DNA of 26,982 bases from Tubiluchus corallicola. Its lineage: Eukaryota > Animalia > Priapulida. Below the pieces are notes generated by a model that had not been told where the DNA came from, ran no database searches, and saw only the letters and a list, made by a program, of their open reading frames with translations. Within the stretch, counting starts at the first letter, position 1. Each line of letters begins with the position of its first letter. This document shows positions 9,011 to 20,885 of the stretch, piece by piece. Location of the stretch: positions 1 to 26,982 of the forward strand of contig JAQGDQ010001745.1 of the NCBI GenBank assembly GCA_030141605.1, given 5' to 3'. The translations under genes were made by a program, and so were the position numbers.

Positions 9011-9598
9011 AAATGATTAGTAATTTTGCAAAATCAACGTCTTCAAGGTCTTTACTTCCATTGTGAATGTCTAATTCATTTCTAATTAAAGCTGGCATGC
9101 AACGTGTCACTTAACGTAGTTCTCATAAGGCATTGTGGGAATTTAATATCATTGTTTTTGTTTTGTAACTTCAGCAGTTATGGCTAAAGTTTCTTAAACC
9201 AACTTGCCGCTCTAGCAGATTTTCAATTGCTCACTGCAACATTCTTCTGGCCAGGGAAAACAAACAACGATATCTGTCTACAGCAGAATCTGGGTCTGAT
9301 TGTTTGCCTTCAGTGGCTTACTGAAAACAGCAGTGAGCAATTGAAAACTTTCTGGAATACAGGCTTGTTTTAAGAAAGCACACAAAGTGTTGGGAATTTA
9401 CAGGACAGTACTCACATGAGTTTGAGACTCCATAATAGGTCTACCTATTGTAGAATAACAGAAATAGAACTGAAACGATGAATAATAACTATCATGAGGA
9501 TATATAAAGCAAAAATATACAGTAATGTTCACACGTTGCACAATTACTATCATGCGATCAACCTAGAATTATTTTAGTGCCCAAAATGCTTAATTTTT
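9011..9598 (-). repeat. Right non-tandem arm of the large inverted repeat
   Basis: Reverse complement of 586-1179. Confidence 0.95.
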
Positions 9599-11330
9599 TA
9601 CTTAACCCAAACATTTAATACAGCACTGATGTAATGGTGTTGATTGCTTTACTTAACCCAAACACTCAATACAGCACTCATGTAATGGTGTTGATTGCTT
9701 TACTTAACCCAAACACTCAATACAGCACTCATGTAATGGTGTTGATTGCTTTACTTAACCCAAACACTCAATACAGCACTCATGTAATGGTGTTGATTGC
9801 TTTACTTAACCCAAACACTCAATACAGCACTCATGTAATGGTGTTGATTGCTTTACTTAACCCAAACACTCAATACAGCACTCATGTAATGGTGTTGATT
9901 GCTTTACTTAACCCAAACACTCAATACAGCACTCATGTAATGGTGTTGATTGCTTTACTTAACCCAAACACTCAATACAGCACTCATGTAATGGTGTTGA
10001 TTGCTTTACTTAACCCAAACACTCAATACAGCACTCATGTAATGGTGTTGATTGCTTTACTTAACCCAAACACTCAATACAGCACTCATGTAATGGTGTT
10101 GATTGCTTTACTTAACCCAAACACTAATACAGCACTCATGTAATGGTGTTGATTGCTTTACTTAACCCAAACACTCAATACAGCACTCATGTAATGGTGT
10201 TGATTGCTTTACTTAACCCAAACACTCAATACAGCACTCATGTAATGGTGTTGATTGCTTTACTTAACCCAAACACTCAATACAGCACTCATGTAATGGT
10301 GTTGATTGCTTTACTTAACCCAAACACTCAATACAGCACTCATGTAATGGTGTTGATTGCTTTACTTAACCCAAACACTCAATACAGCACTCATGTAATG
10401 GTGTTGATTGCTTTACTTAACCCAAACACTCAATACAGCACTCATGTAATGGTGTTGATTGCTTTACTTAACCCAAACACTCAATACAGCACTCATGTAA
10501 TGGTGTTGATTGCTTTACTTAACCCAAACACTCAATACAGCACTCATGTAATGGTGTTGATTGCTTTACTTAACCCAAACACTCAATACAGCACTCATGT
10601 AATGGTGTTGATTGCTTTACTTAACCCAAACACTCAATACAGCACTCATGTAATGGTGTTGATTGCTTTACTTAACCCAAACACTCAATACAGCACTCAT
10701 GTAATGGTGTTGATTGCTTTACTTAACCCAAACACTCAATACAGCACTCATGTAATGGTGTTGATTGCTTTACTTAACCCAAACACTCAATACAGCACTC
10801 ATGTAATGGTGTTGATTGCTTTACTTAACCCAAACACTCAATACAGCACTCATGTAATGGTGTTGATTGCTTTACTTAACCCAAACACTCAATACAGCAC
10901 TCATGTAATGGTGTTGATTGCTTTACTTAACCCAAACACTCAATACAGCACTCATGTAATGGTGTTGATTGCTTTACTTAACCCAAACACTCAATACAGC
11001 ACTCATGTAATGGTGTTGATTGCTTTACTTAACCCAAACACTCAATACAGCACTCATGTAATGGTGTTGATTGCTTTACTTAACCCAAACACTCAATACA
11101 GCACTCATGTAATGGTGTTGATTGCTTTACTTAACCCAAACACTCAATACAGCACTCATGTAATGGTGTTGATTGCTTTACTTAACCCAAACACTCAATA
11201 CAGCACTCATGTAATGGTGTTGATTGCTTTACTTAACCCAAACACTCAATACAGCACTCATGTAATGGTGTTGATTGCTTTACTTAACCCAAACACTCAA
11301 TACAGCACTCATGTAATGATGTTGATTGCT
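9599..11330. repeat. 51-bp tandem satellite, ~34 nearly identical copies
   Basis: Unit ACTTAACCCAAACACTCAATACAGCACTCATGTAATGGTGTTGATTGCTTT; one 1-bp deletion near 10126; first and last units degenerate. Confidence 0.98.
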
Positions 11331-11351
11331 ATACTGAATAAGCACTGTAAT

Positions 11352-11426
11352 CAGTACTCGTTTCGGATGGTTTCGTTCGTCGTGCTGATTCTGGCTCTTT
11401 ACCAGAATGTACGTACCGATTACTAG
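11352..11426 (+). repeat. Short dispersed repeat with a 7-bp-stem hairpin at the end of the 51-bp array; second copy at 16714-16775
   Basis: TTCGTTCGTCGTGCYGATTCTGGCTSTTTACCAGAATGTA in both places; stem ATTCTGG/CCAGAAT. Confidence 0.75.
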
Positions 11427-11752
11427 GGAATGAAATAAACTAAGATGAATTCAAGCCAAGCTTCTACATGCGCGGTACTTCTTTATTCTCGCTTTGTAAT
11501 GCTGTAATCAGCATTAGCTACGTTTGAAATACCTACTTTATGACTTTATTTTATGGTAGCTAAGTTATGGTGCTTCATAAAAATGCGTTATTACTTAGTA
11601 GTATTACTGGCTGTTGGTAAGTCAGTAGATATTTGATGTTTCTTTTCAGCTTTAATTGACAAATGATTAGTAGTTATTAATAATTAGTAATTTTATTAAT
11701 TATTTAATATTAATGTTTGTTAGTATCAAAGGGAAATGGATCAAGGTGAGCA

Positions 11753-12000
11753 ATGTAATGTAATGTTATGTTATGTTATGTTATGTTATGTTATGTTATG
11801 TTATGTTATGTTATGTTATGTTATGTTATGTTATGTTATGTTATGTTATGTTATGTTATGCAATGTTATGTTATGTTACGTTACGTTACGTTATGTTATG
11901 TTATGCAATGCTATGTTATGTTATGTTACGTCATTGTTATGTTAAAATTATGCTATTCTGTGCTTCGCTATGCTATGTTGTGTTATGTTATGATATGCTG
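11753..12000. repeat. (TGTTA)n pentanucleotide microsatellite with a degenerate tail
   Basis: Direct reading. Confidence 0.97.
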
Positions 12001-12316
12001 TGTTGCTTTGTGCCTTTATGTAAAATTATATTATAAAATCATTACGTTCAGTTTGTTACGTAATGGTATGCTATGCTTTGCAGGAATCACATGCGCAGTT
12101 TTACAAACTGTAAAGAAATACGAATAATTTTGACGAGTTCGAATGAACGGCTAAAGAATTTATAACTCACAGGCATACGTAATCGATATCAAAGCTATCT
12201 AGTTAGTTTGCTATTTAATGCATGTGAGTCTTTATTCACCTTGTATTTTCCATTTTAGCTCTGCAACGTCAGCTGTTATTTTAACAGCTTTGGTTCCTGT
12301 TTTGAATATTTGGATA

Positions 12317-12588
12317 GTTGTTGTTGCACAAATTCTGCTGTACGATACAGTGTGTAAAATACTTTGATCACACTAGTTGTTGCACAAATTCTTCGGCAGA
12401 AACACTGCAGTACGATACAGTGTGTAAAATACTTTGATCACACTAGTTGTTGCACAAATTCTTCAGCAGAAACACTGCTGTACGATACAGTGTGTAAAAT
12501 ACTTTGATCACACTAGTTGTTTCACAAATTCTTCGGCAGAAACACTGCTGTGCGATACAGTGTGTAAAATACTTTGATCACACTAGTT
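12317..12588. repeat. 70-bp tandem repeat, ~3.7 copies
   Basis: T(A/G)CGATACAGTGTGTAAAATACTTTGATCACACTAG at 12341, 12411, 12481 and 12551. Confidence 0.95.
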
Positions 12589-12678
12589 TTGGGCTTTATG
12601 TAAACAAAACGTGTCAATATTATATGATTCTATACAGTTACTGCTGCAACAGCTATTAAACACCATACTCGAACATTT

Positions 12679-13233
12679 ATTAAGTAACCTTCTTCTGATA
12701 AGTTCTATTTTCGCTCGACAGATGGCAGTAAAATCGCCTGTTCAAAATTCAGCATTATCGGACATTACAGAACACCAATGAGAAGTTCTATGAAATGAAC
12801 AATGAAATAGTTCATTGATTAAATAACCTTCTTCTAATAAGTTCTATTTTCGCTCGACAGATGGCACTAAACTCGCCTGTTCAAAATTCAGCATTATCGG
12901 ACTTTACAGAACACCAATGAGAAGTTCTATGAAATGAACAATGAAATAGTTCATTGATTAAGTAACCTTCTTCTGATAAGTTCTATTTTCGCTCGACAGA
13001 TGGCACTAAAATCGCCTGTTCAAAATTCAGCATTATCGGACTTTACAGAACACCCAATGAGAAGTTTTATGAAATGAACAATGAAATAGTTCATTGATTA
13101 AGTAACCTTCCTCTGATAAGTTCTATTTTCGCGCGACAGATGACACTAAAATCGCCTGCTCAAAATTCAGCATTATCGGACTCTACAGAACACCAACGAG
13201 AAGTTCTATGAAATGAACAATGAAATGGTTCAT
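12679..13233. repeat. 139-bp tandem repeat, 4 copies
   Basis: TAA(G/A)TAACCTTC at 12681, 12820, 12959 and 13099. Confidence 0.95.
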
Positions 13234-13486
13234 ACCTATGTAAACGCTAGCTGATTTAAATTGGGAGGGTAAAAGTTTGAGAGGTACCCCTTTGCAATGA
13301 GCGACAATAGGGTAGCATCTATCAAAGTCCCAGGGATAACTTTACACCAGCCCGGCTGACCATTATTGCCTTCAGTGGCTTTCATCTTTTTCTTGGTTAA
13401 CGTTTAGAAAAAGTGAATTTTTATCATTTTATCAGGTTTACGTACAGCAAAGACCACAATCAGTATTATGCGATATTCAGCTACCA

Positions 13487-14988
13487 GTGATAATCATTGC
13501 TGTATGAAGAATGATTTAGTGAGAATCAGTGCTGTACGAAGAATGATATAGTGAGAATCATGCTGTATGAAGAATGATTTTGTGAGAATTAGTGCTGTAC
13601 GAAGAATGATTTAGTGAGAATCATGCTGTATGAAAAATGATTTTGTGAGAATTAGTGCTGTACGAAGAATGATGTAGTGAGAATCAGTGCTGTACGAAGA
13701 ATGATGTAGTGAGAATCAGTGCTGTACGAAGAATGATTTAGTGAGAATCAGTGCTGTACGAAGAATGATTTAGTGAGAATCAGTGCTGTACGAAGAATGA
13801 TTTAGTGAGAATCAGTGCTGTACGAAGAATGATTTAGTGAGAATCAGTGCTGTACGAAGAATGATTTAGTGAGAATCAGTGCTGTACGAAGAATGATTTA
13901 GTGAGAATCAGTGCTGTACGAAGAATGATTTAGTGAGAATCAGTGCTGTACGAAGAATGATTTAGTGAGAATCAGTGCTGTACGAAGAATGATTTAGTGA
14001 GAATCAGTGCTGTACGAAGAATGATTTAGTGAGAATCAGTGCTGTACGAAGAATGATTTAGTGAGAATCAGTGCTGTACGAAGAATGATTTAGTGAGAAT
14101 CAGTGCTGTACGAAGAATGATTTAGTGAGAATCAGTGCTGTACGAAGAATGATTTAGTGAGAATCAGTGCTGTACGAAGAATGATTTAGTGAGAATCAGT
14201 GCTGTACGAAGAATGATTTAGTGAGATTCAGTGCTGAACGAAGAATGATTTAGTGAGAATCAGTGCTGTACGAAGAATGATTTAGTGAGAATCAGTGCTG
14301 TACGAAGAATGATTTAGGAGAATCAGTGCTGACGAAGATGATTTAGTGAGAATCAGTGCTGTACGAAGAATGATTTAGTGAGAATCAGTGCTGTACGAAG
14401 AATGATTTAGTGAGAATCAGTGCTGTACGAAGAATGATTTAGTGAGAATCAGTGCTGTACGAAGAATGATTTAGTGAGAATCAGTGCTGTACGAAGAATG
14501 ATTTAGTGAGAATCAGTGCTGTACGAAGAATGATTTAGTGAGAATCAGTGCTGTACGAAGAATGATTTAGTGAGAATCAGTGCTGTACGAAGAATGATTT
14601 AGTGAGAATCAGTGCTGTACGAAGAATGATTTAGTGAGAATCAGTGCTGTACGAAGAATGATTTAGTGAGAATCAGTGCTGTACGAAGAATGATTTAGTG
14701 AGAATCAGTGCTGTACGAAGAATGATTTAGTGAGAATCAGTGCTGTACGAAGAATGATTTAGTGAGAATCAGTGCTGTACGAAGAATGATTTAGTGAGAA
14801 TCAGTGCTGTACGAAGAATGATTTAGTGAGAATCAGTGCTGTACGAAGAATGATTTAGTGAGAATCAGTGCTGTACGAAGAATGATTTAGTGAGAATCAG
14901 TGCTGTACGAAGAATGATTTAGTGAGAATCAGTGCTGTACGAAGAATGATTTAGTGAGAATCAGTGATGTACGAAGAATGATTTTGTG
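13487..14988. repeat. 32-bp tandem satellite, ~47 copies
   Basis: Unit GTGCTGTACGAAGAATGATTTAGTGAGAATCA; variant units at the left edge and a cluster of small errors at 14220-14340. Confidence 0.98.
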
Positions 14989-15469
14989 GAAAACTTTACT
15001 CAGTAGAAAGTTGTTTCCATGGCTGATTAGGAGCCCTGAAGATTTGCCATAGATCCACTATAATGATACAGCTGTAATAACCAGACGAATTCATCGTTCT
15101 TTGAAAAGTACTCGTATATCCAGACACAAATCCGCTCAAATTCTCCAAGCAAAAGTACAGTAGCATCCAGTACATGACAAATATTTGTGTCGTAACCCCC
15201 CCCCCGTTTATAATATATTATAAGCTTTAAATAACATGTTTACAACCATAGACTTAGCTGCATGAAGATTGTAGCCCCGGGTTGTAAGTAACACCTGACC
15301 TATTGTCTTATTTACATTGTACATTATTGACTATGCGTCTCGTGTTGATGGGCGGGCTGATCCATGCATGGGGTGCTCTCCAATTTTAGGTTTGTCTTCC
15401 TGCACTCAACACCTTTTCTTTTTAATAAACACGCGAAAGCTATATTAAAAGGTGCTGTACTAAAGAAAC

Positions 15470-15542
15470 ACTGTACCTTTACTGGAACTCGAACCCAAGA
15501 CCTTTCACTTTCTGGCAAACGAAAATTCACTGACGAGGATCG
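15470..15542 (-). other. tRNA-derived (SINE-head-like) remnant
   Basis: Minus strand ...AAGGTCTTGGGTTCGAGTTCCAGT... has a Pol III B-box-like GGTTCGAGTTCC (15484-15495); A box degenerate, no cloverleaf. Confidence 0.4.
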
Positions 15543-15679
15543 TATTTTGTTACAAGCTTTCGTTGTTGCGTCTTTTTGCAATTCTTTTCACTTTTAATTT
15601 TAGTTTTTAACTTGTTCCAACTTGTCTAAAAATCTTTTATTATTTTAATTCTTCATAGTCACGTGTCTTGAGTGACCGG

Positions 15680-16424
15680 TATTACGGTCACAGTAAAAAA
15701 GTCACAATTTTGGCTTAGTAAAAGTCACAGTAAAAAGTCACAATTTTGGCTTAGTAAAAGTCACAGTAAAAAGTCACAGTTTTGGCTTAGTAAAACTCAC
15801 AGCAAAAAAGCCACAATTTTGGCTTAGTAAAAATCACAGTAAAAAAGTCACAATTTTGGCTTAGTAAAAGTCACAGTAAATAAGTCACAATTTTGGCTTA
15901 GTAAAAGTCACAGTAAAAAAGTCACAATTTTGGCTTAGTAAAAGTCACAGTAAAAAAGCCACAATTTTGGCTTAGTAAAACTCACAGTAAAAAGGTCATA
16001 ATTTTGGCTTAGTAAAACTCACAGCAAAAAAGCCACAATTTTGGCTTAGTAAAAGTCACAGTAAAAGGTCACAATTTTGGCTTAGTAAAAGTCACAGTAA
16101 AAAGGTCACAATTTTGGCTTAGTAAAAGTCACAGTAAAAAAGTCACAATTTTGGCTTAGTAAAAGTCACAGTAAAAAGCCACATTTTGGGCTTAGTAAAA
16201 GTCACAGTAAACAAGTCACAATTTGGCTTAGTAAAAGTCACAGTAAAAAAGTCACAATTTTGGTTTAGTAAAAGTCACAGTAAAAATGCCACACTTTTGG
16301 CTTAGTAAAAGTCACAGTAAACTTTGCCTAGGTTAGGCTTAGGCATAGGTTCAGGGGTTAGCGTTATTTCTTATCCTGTACTTTTTTTCTGTGACCTTTT
16401 CACCTGTGTCTTTTTCCCTGGATT
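15680..16424. mobile_element. Foldback-like non-autonomous element: ~37-bp tandem array (~17 copies), telomere-like spacer, then inverted copies of the subrepeat
   Basis: Unit GTCACAGTAAAAAAGTCACAATTTTGGCTTAGTAAAA (15688-16320); TAGGTTAGGCTTAGGCATAGG...GGGGTTAG (16329-16361); TTTTTTTCTGTGACCTTTTCACCTGTG (16382-16408) is inverted relative to the array. Confidence 0.7.
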
Positions 16425-16863
16425 TTTATCCTCAGCAAACTATAACAAGTACTTCGGATAAAACATGCACATTTAAAGGGTACGTCGTCTATGTCCCAGA
16501 CAAGAACACGGCTCTTGTGTCTTAGCGCTTAGCACCCCATTCCGAATGACATGGATCCACCATGTTTGCATGGCTACTATGCATTATACTTAAGAAGTGT
16601 TTCAGAGCTGATTATATTAGCGCTCAAACACAGAGCTTATAATATATTTGCACACAGTTACGGATTGGGGTTAAAGTGGACAATGTTAAGTTGACCAACG
16701 CTTGCTTGTGGTTCAGTACTTGCTTCGTTCGTCGTGCCGATTCTGGCTGTTTACCAGAATGTATGTGCGTCCTAACAATGTGGTTTGCACAACTGTACCA
16801 TTTCAGTGGTTCATGTTGGAAGTACGTGAATGTGTCGTGTCAATGTTCCTCTTTTACGAATAA

Positions 16864-17221
<358 letters not shown>

Positions 17222-17310
17222 GCATCTAGGCTCCTGTCTTGCCACAAGCACTTAGTTAAGCAGGCGCTGTAACTTAATGTTGTATCTTAGCTCCCAGTCT
17301 CCTAACAATA

Positions 17311-17347
<37 letters not shown>

Positions 17348-17441
17348 CGATGATGATGACGACGACGACGATGATGATGAGGATGATGAGGATGGTGATG
17401 ATGACGACGACGATGATGATGATGGTGATGATGACGACGAC

Positions 17442-17513
<72 letters not shown>
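17311..17513. repeat. (GAT)n/(GAC)n microsatellite
   Basis: Direct reading. Confidence 0.97.
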
Positions 17514-17577
17514 ATAAATAATTAAACAGCCAAAATTAAAGGAAAACCGTATCTAATAAAGTGTGAAAACTTATTGA

Positions 17578-18386
<809 letters not shown>

Positions 18387-18604
18387 ATACCTGCCTATGA
18401 GATAATCCAAACCTGCTCTTATTGCAACCTTCAAACAAGCCACTGTAGCCTATATCTGCAATTTGAAATCCTCTTTTCCATAATAGTACAACCACTAACA
18501 CCTATATGCATTTGCAACAGTGTAAATAGGCATAATTAAGCTCCCTGACAAATTGCTCATAATTGCACAACTTTGATAAACGCTCTAAAAAGAGAATTAG
18601 GCCA

Positions 18605-18684
18605 CATTGTTTAAACAATGATTGTTTGTGCCACAATTGAGTGCCCATTGTTTAAACAGTGATTGTTTGTGTTACAATTGAGTG
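18605..18684. repeat. 41-bp duplication; first copy starts with the perfect 16-bp palindrome CATTGTTTAAACAATG
   Basis: Copies at 18605 and 18646. Confidence 0.8.
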
Positions 18685-18785
18685 ACAATTAGATGATAAT
18701 TTACTCACGAATTACAGTATCGCTGTTGAAATTTAATACTTTTATTAACCGTTCCGTGGGGGTGCTACTCACACTGTCATTTGTA

Positions 18786-19519
18786 AACAACCTTGAGTCA
18801 AAATCTTCAACAATTGGTATGATCGTATACAGAATTAATAAGGAAAATTCTCGGGATTAACAACCGCGAGTTAAAATCTTCAACAATTGGTATGATCGTA
18901 TACAGAATTAACAAGGAAAATTCTCGGGATTAACAACCGTGAGTCAAAATCTTCAACAATTGTTATGATCTTATACAGAATTAATCAGGAAAATTCTCGG
19001 GATTAACAACCTTGAGTCAAAATCTTCAACAATTGCTATGATCGTATACAGAATTAATCAGGAAAATTCTCGGGATTAACAACCGTGAGTCAAAATCTTC
19101 AACAATTGGTATGATCGTATACAGAATTAATCAGGAAAATTCTCGGGATCAACAACCGTGAGTCAAAATCTTCAACAATTGGTATGATCGTATACAGAAT
19201 TAACAAGGAAAATTCTCGGGATCAACAACCGTGAGTCAAAATCTTCAACAATTGGTATGATCGTATACAGAATTAACAAGGAAAATTCTCGGGATCAACA
19301 ACCGTGAGTCAAAATCTTCAACAATTGGTATGATCGTATACAGAATTAATAAGGAAAATTCTCGGGATCAACAACCGTGAGTCAAAATCTTCAACAATTG
19401 GTATGATCGTATACAGAATTAACAAGGAAAATTCTCGGGATCAACAACCGTGAGTCAAAATCTTCAACAATTGGTATGATCGTATACAGAATTAATCAGG
19501 AAAATTCTCGGGATTAACA
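18786..19519. repeat. 73-bp tandem repeat, 10 copies; a diverged inverted monomer follows at ~19580-19640
   Basis: Unit CAACCGTGAGTCAAAATCTTCAACAATTGGTATGATCGTATACAGAATTAACAAGGAAAATTCTCGGGATCAA, period 73. Confidence 0.97.
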
Positions 19520-20625
19520 CCCTTAGCTGTCACGTGACTGTTGGTCGTGGACGGTTGCTGCAATCACATCACAGATGATGATGTTAATTCCAAAGATCCT
19601 CCTTGTTACTTTAGTATATGATCATACCAATTGTTGAATTATCAAAAGAAGGACAGTACATGTTATGCAGACTACCCTCCAGTTTTTCTTTGGACTACTT
19701 ATCTGTGGAATTTCTCATCAGAAAATACTTCCACAAGAACTCCAATTTCACTCAATTCAAGAAAAATATCAAACATATAGCTTCTACACAACTAGTGGAA
19801 ACATTAATTCTATTCTGGACATCTATTCATATAATCACATCATTAAATGTAGTCCCTTTGCTTGAGGAGCCATTCGGTTTGTTTGGGGTGATTTGTACAA
19901 AAAACCTAATAGTCCTGTGTATGAGATTCTGTCGCTTAAGATGTAGGGTTTATTTTACTGTTACCTAAAACTATCTATAAAGTATAAAGGTAAATATGCT
20001 ATTGCTGTATAGAAATTTTAAGCTGCGATTCCTTTAAAAGTTATGACGTAACTGGTGGATTTCGTGACTTTTCGTAAACGCATCTTGACTTTCCGCAAGT
20101 GCACGCTACTTAAACTAATTAAAACTTCTGCAGTTTACCTAATAATTTATTCAAGACTATCACGCATTGTTTCATAAAAATTATTACGCTTTTGACAGAA
20201 GTTGGCAGTGGGCTGCTTTTCTTCAGTCGATGAATGACGTCATTGGTGGAAGAACGGGCTTCCAAATTAGGAACCTCCAAGCGTGAAATGATCCCGACTT
20301 TAAAGTCATTATACTAATTTCACGAGGCGCTTATCACACTTTTATTACTACATTATTCTAATGCTTTCCGTGAACATTGAATTAAGTCCAATTTCCCAGA
20401 AAGCTTGACTTTTCCTTTAACTCTCAGCACAATTGTCGGAAATTCATGTGCCAAAGTTTCAAAACTTTTTATTTCCTTTCAGTATTGGCACGTAGAAGGG
20501 AAGGGAGGGGAGGTCTCTTGGCAGCTGAGCCAGCGTGACCTTTCCAATCCAGCCCCTGATTCTCCTCAAACACGCCCACGCTGCACACCCGTCCCTCCGG
20601 CTATGTTCGAACAATAGAACCTTAC

Positions 20626-20698
20626 CTCTTTCTTTGCGCTCCTTTCTAGTAGGTGCGATGGAACGTTCGTCCTTGGAGGCGGTTGCTCCATAGTTGCT
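20626..20698 (-). other. Candidate 73-nt internal exon of an unidentified minus-strand gene
   Basis: Minus strand: CTAAC branch point (20724-20728), tract TCTTTTTTCTCTA, CAG| acceptor, exon, GAG|GTAAGG donor; two of three frames are open. Confidence 0.55.
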
Positions 20699-20885
20699 CT
20701 GTAGAGAAAAAAGAGTTCGTTTTGTTAGACGAGCAAACAGTCTACGATAGCTCATAACAGCCAATGACAATAATAACTACCATCCCCTGACTGTTCTTAG
20801 TTTCAGGGCTACGAATTTGTGGTGGTAAAAAAACTTGGCTTGAATTTACCAAACGAGAATAGAAAGAAGCACTGTCTATCTGTCA

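Noticed and set aside
9634-11426. 169- and 427-aa ORFs of (MVLIALLNPNTQYSTHV)n
   Set aside because: A 51-bp unit is 17 codons without a stop in one frame; broken by a 1-bp deletion; no unique coding flank
13366-13381. 16-bp identity TTGCCTTCAGTGGCTT with 9304-9319
   Set aside because: Does not extend on either side; one such match is plausible by chance in 27 kb
14220-14340. Cluster of variant units within the 32-bp array as biological heterogeneity
   Set aside because: Clustered single-base deletions look like long-read consensus error; cannot be judged without reads
13487-14988. CRISPR-like array (32-bp repeat)
   Set aside because: Head-to-tail units with no unique spacers, no cas genes, eukaryotic context
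15470-15542. Functional tRNA gene
   Set aside because: Only a B-box-like motif; acceptor and D stems cannot be formed
19618-19968. 116-aa ORF loosely reminiscent of a transposase N-terminus (RLPS...LILFW)
   Set aside because: Resemblance is only impressionistic, there are no catalytic motifs, and the start lies in the inverted repeat monomer; an HMM search would be needed
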